DNA from: an uncultured virus (IMG/VR IMGVR_UViG_3300033074_001078) | Lineage: Duplodnaviria; Heunggongvirae; Uroviricota; Caudoviricetes | Virus record (IMG/VR): IMGVR_UViG_3300033074_001078 | Reading direction: 5' to 3' (one strand) | DNA: 20,000 bases | In this document: positions 1 to 6,725 of the stretch, piece by piece | Layout of the letters: each line of letters opens with the position of its first letter | How positions within the stretch are numbered: the first letter of the stretch is position 1 | Position numbers and translations under genes: made by a program | Notes under the pieces: generated by a model | The model's input: only the letters and a program-made list of their open reading frames with translations | What the model was told of the DNA's origin: nothing | Databases searched by the model: none

Positions 1-308
1 CGCGCATTCACCTGATTGAAATCGACGACGACTTTGAGCACGTCACTGATCACACCAGCGGCGGTCTGCTCGCCTGCAATGGTTGTGAGCGACACGGTTA
101 GGTTGGAGAAATTCTTCGCATGGCGCTCAACCGCCTCGAAGACTGCTTCGATACCACCGCGCTCGATCATAGACGCAAGGCGAGGGACCGTGAACTCCTT
201 AAGCAGTTCATTCAGCATACGGTTGAAGCGCGCACGCACGCGCGGCGTGAAGCGCTCTATCATGCGCTCCAGCCGTATGCGTTCGCGTCGGGTTAGGACT
301 GATGTCAA
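1..308 (-). CDS. Probable minor head / head morphogenesis protein (Mu gpF/SPP1 gp7-like), 5' part only, runs off the window
   Basis: Not in ORF track. Frame is open from TTG at 308 (TTGA overlap with stop at 305-307) to base 1: (M)TSVLTRRERIRLERMIERFTPRVRARFNRMLNELLKEF...VVVDFNQVNAR. The helical N-terminus and the DFNQVNAR motif resemble minor head proteins as I recall them. Alternative start ATG 263. Confidence 0.55.
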   Translation of the reverse strand, partial: MTSVLTRRERIRLERMIERFTPRVRARFNRMLNELLKEFTVPRLASMIERGGIEAVFEAVERHAKNFSNLTVSLTTIAGEQTAAGVISDVLKVVVDFNQVNA

Positions 309-697
309 AGGGCGCAAGACCTTTCGGTTCCACGCTGCATCCACACTTCACAGTGAGGCTGCGGCGCTGGCGCAGAAGCAGGCTCCAGCGGTTCGACCGA
401 CTCTTCCCACTGGAAGTCAACGGTTACGGGCTGGATCTTCGAGTTGATGTCAGTCATGGTCACCAGTATCACCAGCATGAACATGAACGTGACCATCGAC
501 AAGCCAACGGCGACGAGCAGTAGGATTGTGAACATACCGCTGGGGTTGTCGTTATCGTTGTCGATGACCTGGACTTGGACTTTCGGTGTTGGCGTGCGCC
601 TGCGCTTAGGCGCGGACTTGACAGGTGTAGGTCGCAGCGGCGGGGTCGCGCGCGACGCGGATGATCGTGTACGTTTTACCTTCGATGGTGATTTCAT
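305..697 (-). CDS. Hypothetical single-pass membrane protein with basic N-terminus (~130 aa)
   Basis: GGAGG-6nt-ATG at 697 inside the upstream gene. Hydrophobic stretch MFTILLLVAVGLSMVTFMFMLVILV. Fills the gap between 606 and 308. Confidence 0.55.
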   Translation of the reverse strand: MKSPSKVKRTRSSASRATPPLRPTPVKSAPKRRRTPTPKVQVQVIDNDNDNPSGMFTILLLVAVGLSMVTFMFMLVILVTMTDINSKIQPVTVDFQWEESVEPLEPASAPAPQPHCEVWMQRGTERSCAL

Positions 698-971
698 CGT
701 CTGCCTCCGGTATCTTCTTGCCTGCGATGGATGCACCTAACAACAGCACCTCGCGGTCTGTTGACTTGATGCGTGTTCCATCGATCTTGCCGTCAGCGTA
801 GTCGCTAATCATACCCTTGCAAGGGTAACGCTTGACTGAAGAAGTGATGCCAGCGGTTGACGTGTCACCGCGTGTTCCGGGCAACACCTTACGGAGCTGA
901 GCGGACAGAAGACCCGGTCCCAACCCTTTGTTCACTTCAGCAGCAATGTCAACCCCGAATAGCTTGGGCAT
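606..971 (-). CDS. Putative head-tail joining / head closure protein
   Basis: 121 aa with SD AAGGA. C-terminal motif D-x-I-TIEGKTYTIIRV.RDPA.ATY.CQVR is typical of head-closure beta proteins. Follows the adaptor gene. Confidence 0.65.
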   Translation of the reverse strand: MPKLFGVDIAAEVNKGLGPGLLSAQLRKVLPGTRGDTSTAGITSSVKRYPCKGMISDYADGKIDGTRIKSTDREVLLLGASIAGKKIPEADDEITIEGKTYTIIRVARDPAAATYTCQVRA

Positions 972-980
972 GTTGTGTCC

Positions 981-1514
981 TTAGAACGGGGAGTTCACAC
1001 CCCAACGACCAGGGAGGAACGATGAGTTGAGCTCGCCTTCTTCCAATTGGCTTGGATCGCCACCGTTTAGGAAGCCGCCGCCCATCGGTGAAGTGTTCAC
1101 ATCACCTGTGGAGCTAGCGTCTTCGAGCAGCGGCGCGAGCAATTCGGCAACGGGAACAGGAAAGCGCAAGCCCTGCACCGACTTGAAGTATTCAACCGAC
1201 GCGGGACCACCTTGCACACGCTTGATATTCGCGCCGCCCATTGTCTGCGCCGTTTCCAGCGTTGGATCCTGCGACAGTTCCCACGCGAGTTCGCATTGTG
1301 CGTCCTTCAGCGCGGCTGGTGGCGTTGCAGGCAACAGCGCGGCGGTCGCCGTGTTGAACGTAAGGCGGTTGAGCATACGCCAAGCCGAAACCAGCGCGCG
1401 CTCTTTCGCGGCTGTTTCGAGGTCAGCCCAACCCGTAGCGCGCACGCTGAGGCCAAGATATTCCGCAGCCTCGTTCAATGTGGCGTAGCTGTTTGTTCCC
1501 GCTGCGAACGGCAT
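981..1514 (-). CDS. Putative head-tail adaptor (family often annotated DnaT-like ssDNA-binding protein)
   Basis: NSYATLNEA.EY...W......KE.ALV.A...L, P..LK.AQCELA and IKRV..G..SVEY motifs. SD AAGGAG. Confidence 0.7.
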   Translation of the reverse strand: MPFAAGTNSYATLNEAAEYLGLSVRATGWADLETAAKERALVSAWRMLNRLTFNTATAALLPATPPAALKDAQCELAWELSQDPTLETAQTMGGANIKRVQGGPASVEYFKSVQGLRFPVPVAELLAPLLEDASSTGDVNTSPMGGGFLNGGDPSQLEEGELNSSFLPGRWGVNSPF

Positions 1515-1524
1515 GGCCTGCTCC

Positions 1525-1902
1525 TTAGGTGTTGGTTACGTTAGCACGCACGGCGACATCACCGTAAGCGACGACCAGGGCTTCGCTGGAGCCGTCCACA
1601 ATTTCTAGCTCAGCATAATAATCACCAGGGGTGAGCGCCGCTGTGTCCGCTGTTTTTACGTTGACGTCAACAAGCCCGCTCGCCGCAGTGATAGTCATGT
1701 GGCCAGCGCTAGCTGACTTCTTTTCAAGCGAAGGTGTGGTCTTGTAATTGCCTGACTCGTCGTAAGCAGACAGCGTCCAGCGCAACGTGTAGCCGGTCAA
1801 GTTGAAAACCGCGCCACCGTTGTCTTGATCGACGACAGTGTAGCGAAAGGTCGCCTTGTTCCCGGCGAAGATCTCAATAGCGTCGTTAAGGCTGGCCATC
1901 AC
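1525..1902 (-). CDS. Putative virion structural adaptor (BppU N-terminal-like beta-sandwich)
   Basis: G...TF.YTV.D.....FNLTGY......S and T..L.PG.YY.ELEI motifs. GTGA overlap with the fibre gene stop. Confidence 0.55.
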   Translation of the reverse strand: MMASLNDAIEIFAGNKATFRYTVVDQDNGGAVFNLTGYTLRWTLSAYDESGNYKTTPSLEKKSASAGHMTITAASGLVDVNVKTADTAALTPGDYYAELEIVDGSSEALVVAYGDVAVRANVTNT

Positions 1903-4439
1903 GTTACCTCTGCGTTCAGTCCATATAGCTGTTTCGTGCTTCCAGCCAAATTGAGAGTCTCAACTTTCCCGTTCATGGCATAAACCGTCTTCACGCTGGC
2001 GTTCATGGGGCGCACCACGTCCACGTCAGCGTTGAACAGGGAAATCAAGGCGTGCGTCGCGTCGAGGAAAAAGTCGGCGCGAAGGAACGAAGCCCCGATA
2101 ACGTGCTGGTAGAAGGTGTCAGGGTCGTCGTAGCGGCTGGCAATCAGCGTGACGACCGTGCTCAGTGCATGGTTGTAGAAGCTATCAGCGTCGTCGTAAC
2201 GGCTGCTTTGCGCCAGCGCCGTGACAGTCGTAAGCACATGCCCAAAGAAGCTGTTCGCGTTGTCGAACCGCGCCGCCTGCGTGACCGTGACCGTGGTGCT
2301 GAGCGTGTGGTTATAGAAGCTGTTCGCGTTATCAAAGCGCGCGCTCTGCACCAGCGGCGTGACGGCCGTCAGGGTATGCGTGTAGAAGCTGTTCGCGTTG
2401 TCGAACCGTGCGGCCTGCGTAAGCGTGACAGGGCCGGTCGTAAGCGTGTGCGCGTAGAAGCTGTTCGAGTTGTCGAACCGCGTACCTTGGTTCAGGTTCT
2501 GTGCGCCACCAGCCTGATTGAGCGTGTGGCCATAGAACGTCGCAGCGTTGTCGAAGCGGGCGGTCTGAGTGAGCCCAAGGTGAGCCGCGTGCGTGTAGAA
2601 CGTCGGCGCATTGTCGAACCGCGCCGCTTGGATCAAGCCGAGGTTGGCTTGGTGCGTGTAGAAGGTCGGGGCGTTATCGAAGCGGGCGCTCTGGGTAAGC
2701 GCGCGAGTCGTGGTCAGCACATGGGTATAGAACCCATCGGCATCGTCGTAGCGGGTCGCCTGCGCGAGCGCATAGGTAGCGCTCAGCGTGTGCGCGTAGA
2801 ACGTTGGGGCGTTATCGAAGCGGGCGCTCTGGGTAAGCGCCACCGCACCGGGGGTGAGGACGTGCGTGTAGAACGTCTGTGCGTTGTCGAACCGCGCCGC
2901 TTGCGGCAAGCGGTGACTGAGGACGTGCGTGTAGAACGTCTGTGCGTTGTCGAAGCGGCTTGCCTGCGTGAGTGCAACCGTGGCGCTCAGCACATGGGTA
3001 TAGAACGTCTGTGCGTTGTCGAACCGTGCGCTCTGCGTCAGGTTCTGAGTGCCACCGGCTTGGGAAAGCGTGTGTGCATAGAACGTTTGAGCGTTATCAA
3101 GGCGGCTTGCTTGCGTCAGGCCATGATTGGCTTGATGCGTGTAGAACGTTTGAGCGTTGTCGAACCGGCTTGCTTGCGGCAACCGATGACTGAGGAGGTG
3201 TGTGTAGAAGGTCGGCGCATTGTCGAACCGTGCGCTCTGAGTCAGGGCAACGGTCGTGCTCAGCGTGTGCGTGTAGAAGGTGTTCGCGTTATCAAAGCGG
3301 CTTGCTTGCGTGAGCGCGCGCGTTGTCGTCAATGTATGATTGTAGAACGTTGGTGCGTTATCAAAACGCGCGCTTTGCGTGAGTGCGTAGGTTGGCGTCA
3401 GCGTGTGCGTGTAGAAGCTGTTCGCGTTGTCGAACCGCGCGCTTTGGGTCAGCGCTACTGTGGCGCTCAGCGTGTGCGTGTAGAACGTCTGGGCGTTGTC
3501 GAACCGCGCGTTTTGAACAAGGTCGTTGGCGCTGCCAGCGCTCAGCGTGTGCGTGTAGAACGTGTTGACATTGGTAAAGACGCCAGTCTGCGGGAGCAGA
3601 CGGTTGGTTGCTTCTGCGAGCTCGATCGCCGCGACAGCATAGGTATAGAGGCAGTCAACAGCACTGAACTCGACCGCAGTCGAGGCTCGGTTGCGACCAA
3701 GGATCAGCGTTGAAACGGTAGCAACGCCGACTTCCTCTTGGATTTGAACAAAGCCTGTACCGGCGTTGATCTTCGCTCCGGTTACGGGCGGGTCATTATC
3801 TACTGAGGCGACAGCGAGCACGTCGCTCGTCGTAACAGTAGCAGCACCAAAGTTGACGGTGAGCGCGCCTGTCCGGTTGTTTCCATTACTCGTAATCTGC
3901 CGGAGGACTGGCGTGGTGTTGTTCGTGTTGAGGTAAGCGTAAACCCAAACAGAGGCGTCCTGCGGGGCGTTGGCAAAGCTGACCGTGACCTGCATCGCCG
4001 TTGGTGAAGCACCAACCGGAGCAGTAGAGATGTGACCGTAAGCGTCGAACGTGCCGACCTGATATTCAGATTGCTGCGTCCACGTTAGACCACCACCTGT
4101 CGTAGTAGGATTAGGAGCTGCGGTTGCGCCGACACCTGCCACAAGAACGACGAGCGTGGAGTTTGCTGGTGGCGTGAACGACACCGACACCATAGACGCC
4201 GGGTCTTCTTGGTCAAACGCGCGGCTGATGAACACCGCGCGCAACGGACCTTCCATTGCAAGTGCTTGAGGGAAGGTGTTTACGTTTTCAAAGCGTTGCG
4301 TTTGAACGAGCGCGCCGCTGTTCTCGAGCGGCAACGGATAGAGCGTTGCGTCGCCGTTGAACTTGCCAATGCGGTTCTTCCATTGATCGCGCGCTGGCGA
4401 TCTAAAGGTAGCACCACCGATTCTAAACGGGGTGCTCAT
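1899..4439 (-). CDS. Putative virion fibre protein: N-terminal beta-rich domain plus 22 tandem His-containing repeats
   Basis: 846-aa ORF. Repeats of 21-26 aa, consensus L-T-Q-x-x-R-F-D-N-A-x-[TS]-F-Y-x-H-x-L. Lies within the structural module. Confidence 0.65.
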   Translation of the reverse strand: MSTPFRIGGATFRSPARDQWKNRIGKFNGDATLYPLPLENSGALVQTQRFENVNTFPQALAMEGPLRAVFISRAFDQEDPASMVSVSFTPPANSTLVVLVAGVGATAAPNPTTTGGGLTWTQQSEYQVGTFDAYGHISTAPVGASPTAMQVTVSFANAPQDASVWVYAYLNTNNTTPVLRQITSNGNNRTGALTVNFGAATVTTSDVLAVASVDNDPPVTGAKINAGTGFVQIQEEVGVATVSTLILGRNRASTAVEFSAVDCLYTYAVAAIELAEATNRLLPQTGVFTNVNTFYTHTLSAGSANDLVQNARFDNAQTFYTHTLSATVALTQSARFDNANSFYTHTLTPTYALTQSARFDNAPTFYNHTLTTTRALTQASRFDNANTFYTHTLSTTVALTQSARFDNAPTFYTHLLSHRLPQASRFDNAQTFYTHQANHGLTQASRLDNAQTFYAHTLSQAGGTQNLTQSARFDNAQTFYTHVLSATVALTQASRFDNAQTFYTHVLSHRLPQAARFDNAQTFYTHVLTPGAVALTQSARFDNAPTFYAHTLSATYALAQATRYDDADGFYTHVLTTTRALTQSARFDNAPTFYTHQANLGLIQAARFDNAPTFYTHAAHLGLTQTARFDNAATFYGHTLNQAGGAQNLNQGTRFDNSNSFYAHTLTTGPVTLTQAARFDNANSFYTHTLTAVTPLVQSARFDNANSFYNHTLSTTVTVTQAARFDNANSFFGHVLTTVTALAQSSRYDDADSFYNHALSTVVTLIASRYDDPDTFYQHVIGASFLRADFFLDATHALISLFNADVDVVRPMNASVKTVYAMNGKVETLNLAGSTKQLYGLNAEVT
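2090..3600 (-). repeat. Coding tandem repeat array, 22 units, period about 63-78 nt
   Basis: Recurrent plus-strand motif GTG(T/C)GTGTAGAA...GCGTT(G/A)TC(G/A)AA(C/G)CG, all in frame with 1899..4439. Boundaries approximate. Confidence 0.9.
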
Positions 4440-4442
4440 GGC

Positions 4443-5606
4443 TTATCCGCTGACGGCTTGAACCGTTCCCGTGTAGGTGATGCCGCCCGTTGCGGCAATG
4501 TGCGGCGTGTAGAACATGAGGCAAGCATCGGTGAGGATTTCTTGCAAGTTGAACGCCGAGTTGATACCATCGAGCACGAACGGAACGTTCGCAACCGGGA
4601 AAGGCATCATCGCAATCGCGTGAGCAATCCACCATGACGTGACGCCGGTAACAGATGTGATTGTGCTCTGCGCGACGTTGGTCAAGTAGCGTGCGCCCCG
4701 GTCGCCGGTGTTCATCGGCACGAACCACTGACCTGCAACCGTTGGCGAGCGGCCTGCAACCGCGCTAACTGGCGCGGCATACGCCGCAGCCGCTTCAGCC
4801 GTGTTGCCTGCGTCATCAACGTAAGTGATTGTGAGGTTGTGCGCCGTGGCGCTGAGCGCGGTTGTGATTTCGCCGCTGATGAAGTTCCCAGGCGCAAGAC
4901 CAGCCGTTTGATAACGAGTCGGCCGGTTGGCTGCGTCAACCGCTGTTGACGTCGCCGTGGCGTGGTTGTAAGTCATGTCCCACAACCGGTCAGCAAGCAT
5001 GAGCGACGAAACCGCTGTTGCTTGTCCTGTCCACGTTGTGAGGTGAAGTGTGTCACCAACATCGGGGTTTGATTGCCTAAGAGCGCCAGTCGTGGCGCGT
5101 GTGCAGGCGCGACCCGTTCCAGACGTACCGCCAACGCCGGATGCGACAGGAAGGTTGCCCACGTTGAAGCAGCTGAAAGCGTTGGCGACCGTGGTCGCTG
5201 TCGTTGCTACCTTGCTATAGAGCAGCATCTGGCTCTTGCCGCCAACCGTGGCTTCGGCAATGAGGTCAGACAGAGAGCTGAACGAGTGTAGCTTGGAGCT
5301 CTGGCGCTCAATGTATTTCCGCAGGACGCGGCGTTGTCGTTGCTCTGCAAAGTCAATCAGGTTGGCGAAACCACCACCTTCGATGGGACCGCAGAAGTCG
5401 CCACCAGGGGCGACGAACACTGCACCTGGAACACCAGCAAGCGCAACCGGCGGACCCTTCCAGTCACGGAACATGTGACTATAGACCTCGGTCTGGCCCT
5501 TGCCTAACCAGCGGTCGAGCTTGTCGCTATGCGTTCCCTTGAGGATTTGCTGACGCGACGGGAGTCGCATCGTGGCGCGCTCAAGTGTGTTTAGGGCAGA
5601 TCGCAT
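4443..5606 (-). CDS. Putative virion structural protein (Thr/Ala/Gly-rich beta domain) with ~107-aa N-terminal extension
   Basis: 387 aa. The part from SFSSLSDLIAEAT onwards has L.L.DRL and GD.G.R motifs and a structural-protein composition. SD GAGG. Confidence 0.55.
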   Translation of the reverse strand: MRSALNTLERATMRLPSRQQILKGTHSDKLDRWLGKGQTEVYSHMFRDWKGPPVALAGVPGAVFVAPGGDFCGPIEGGGFANLIDFAEQRQRRVLRKYIERQSSKLHSFSSLSDLIAEATVGGKSQMLLYSKVATTATTVANAFSCFNVGNLPVASGVGGTSGTGRACTRATTGALRQSNPDVGDTLHLTTWTGQATAVSSLMLADRLWDMTYNHATATSTAVDAANRPTRYQTAGLAPGNFISGEITTALSATAHNLTITYVDDAGNTAEAAAAYAAPVSAVAGRSPTVAGQWFVPMNTGDRGARYLTNVAQSTITSVTGVTSWWIAHAIAMMPFPVANVPFVLDGINSAFNLQEILTDACLMFYTPHIAATGGITYTGTVQAVSG

Positions 5607-5782
5607 TCCTCAACCTTCCCTAGCCATTCAAACGGGTCGTTTGGCGCTGGCGTGGTGGCGTCAGCCGCAACGTGTGGATCACCAAATCCAGTCTTCACAA
5701 ACCGGATGTCGCGGTTGCACGTCGCGCAATGAAAGAGCGCTGATTGAGCAGCGTCCTCAGTCTTAGCCCAAGAGCAGGCCAT
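5591..5782 (-). CDS. Small hypothetical protein with CxxC (63 aa)
   Basis: GGAG SD upstream of ATG 5782. Fills the gap between flanking genes. FHCATC motif. Confidence 0.6.
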   Translation of the reverse strand: MACSWAKTEDAAQSALFHCATCNRDIRFVKTGFGDPHVAADATTPAPNDPFEWLGKVEECDLP

Positions 5783-5799
5783 GTTCTAGCTCCATTGGG

Positions 5800-6219
5800 T
5801 TACAGAGCGAAGATACCAGTCGCGTTCCAAGCGATGGTGATGTTGCCACCGTTCGGCGTGACCGGGAGGCCGGTGATGTTCGTGTCGAGGAACACAACCA
5901 GCGGGTCAGTGGAGTTCGCGCCAGCGGTATCAACATAGAGCACGACCGCTTCGCAAGATGCACCAGACACCGAGGTGAAGGTCACGTCATCCGCATCGAA
6001 GATGCCGTTGGTGACCGTCTTGGTTGTGAGCGTGACCGGCGTGCCGACGACTGCCGTCGAAATGTCATCATAGAAGTCGTGTGCGGCGTTATACGCAACC
6101 GTTCCCGTATCGACGAGCGCAGCCTTGACCACGCCAGTCGCCAGCGAAGTCGCGTCGCGCGCTGCACCTGTCGCGCCGAGGAGCTGCTCTTTGTACTTGG
6201 GATAGACTGCGTTCGCCAT
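5800..6219 (-). CDS. Conserved phage structural protein (minor tail/fibre-base-like)
   Basis: AGGAG SD. MANAVYPKYKE...FDADDVTF...GLPVTPNGGNITI.W...GIF.L is a widespread phage virion-protein pattern. Confidence 0.7.
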   Translation of the reverse strand: MANAVYPKYKEQLLGATGAARDATSLATGVVKAALVDTGTVAYNAAHDFYDDISTAVVGTPVTLTTKTVTNGIFDADDVTFTSVSGASCEAVVLYVDTAGANSTDPLVVFLDTNITGLPVTPNGGNITIAWNATGIFAL

Positions 6220-6228
6220 GACGTGCTC

Positions 6229-6468
6229 CTACTTGTTTCCGGGCGACACCTGTTGCTTGATCTCTGTAGCGTGCTTCCAGGCGACCTTGTCTTTCATCTT
6301 CTCTACGGCGCGCTCTATCAGTTTGACAACGCGCACTCTTTCTTCATTCGTGGTTAGGGGTTGAGGGGTGTCCACGTTCACTGCGACGTAATCCTTATCG
6401 GCGTCGTAATAGACGCTGATGCTGGCAACGCGGACAGTGCGATAAACGGTTGCGCCTTTGAATTCCAT
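6229..6468 (-). CDS. Hypothetical protein (79 aa)
   Basis: GAAAGG SD before ATG. Lies between the terminator and the next gene's SD. Confidence 0.65.
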   Translation of the reverse strand: MEFKGATVYRTVRVASISVYYDADKDYVAVNVDTPQPLTTNEERVRVVKLIERAVEKMKDKVAWKHATEIKQQVSPGNK

Positions 6469-6488
6469 GGTCTGGCCTTTCGATGGAA

Positions 6489-6523
6489 CAAAAAGGCCGG
6501 TGACATTGCTGCCACCGGCCTTT
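6489..6523 (-). terminator. Rho-independent terminator
   Basis: Stem aaaggccggtg (6492-6502) / caccggccttt (6513-6523), followed by TTTTTGT on the minus strand. Confidence 0.8.
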
Positions 6524-6545
6524 GACTTCTTAGGTGAGCCGGCGA

Positions 6546-6725
6546 TCAGCGGCCTTTCGGCGCGGCCTTGGCTTTCTTCGCTTTCGGCGCGGCCTTGGCT
6601 TTCGGCGCTTCTGCTTGGGCTAACACCGACGCGGCGAGCTGCTTGGTTTCGTCGTCGGAATACGGCTTGCCCTTGAGAATGCGCGCGGCGATGCCCGCGA
6701 TTTTCTTACCTGACACTTTACTCAT
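6546..6725 (-). CDS. Small basic Lys/Ala/Pro-rich protein (59 aa), histone-H1-like tail
   Basis: Not in ORF track. AGGAGG SD and ATGA overlap with the portal stop. MSKVSGKKIAGIAARILKGKPYSDDETKQLAASVLAQAEAPKAKAAPKAKKAKAAPKGR. Confidence 0.8.
   Translation of the reverse strand: MSKVSGKKIAGIAARILKGKPYSDDETKQLAASVLAQAEAPKAKAAPKAKKAKAAPKGR

Noticed and set aside
2090..3600. CRISPR-like periodic repeats (period about 63-78 nt)
   Set aside because: Units vary at synonymous positions, keep frame within an 846-aa ORF, the 'spacers' resemble each other, and no cas genes are present.
2052..3713. 553-aa plus-strand ORF
   Set aside because: Antisense shadow of the repetitive fibre gene with Arg/Val-biased composition; the minus-strand gene fits the operon.
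1899..4439. Diversity-generating retroelement target/template pair
   Set aside because: No reverse transcriptase in the window, and I saw no repeat pair differing specifically at adenines.
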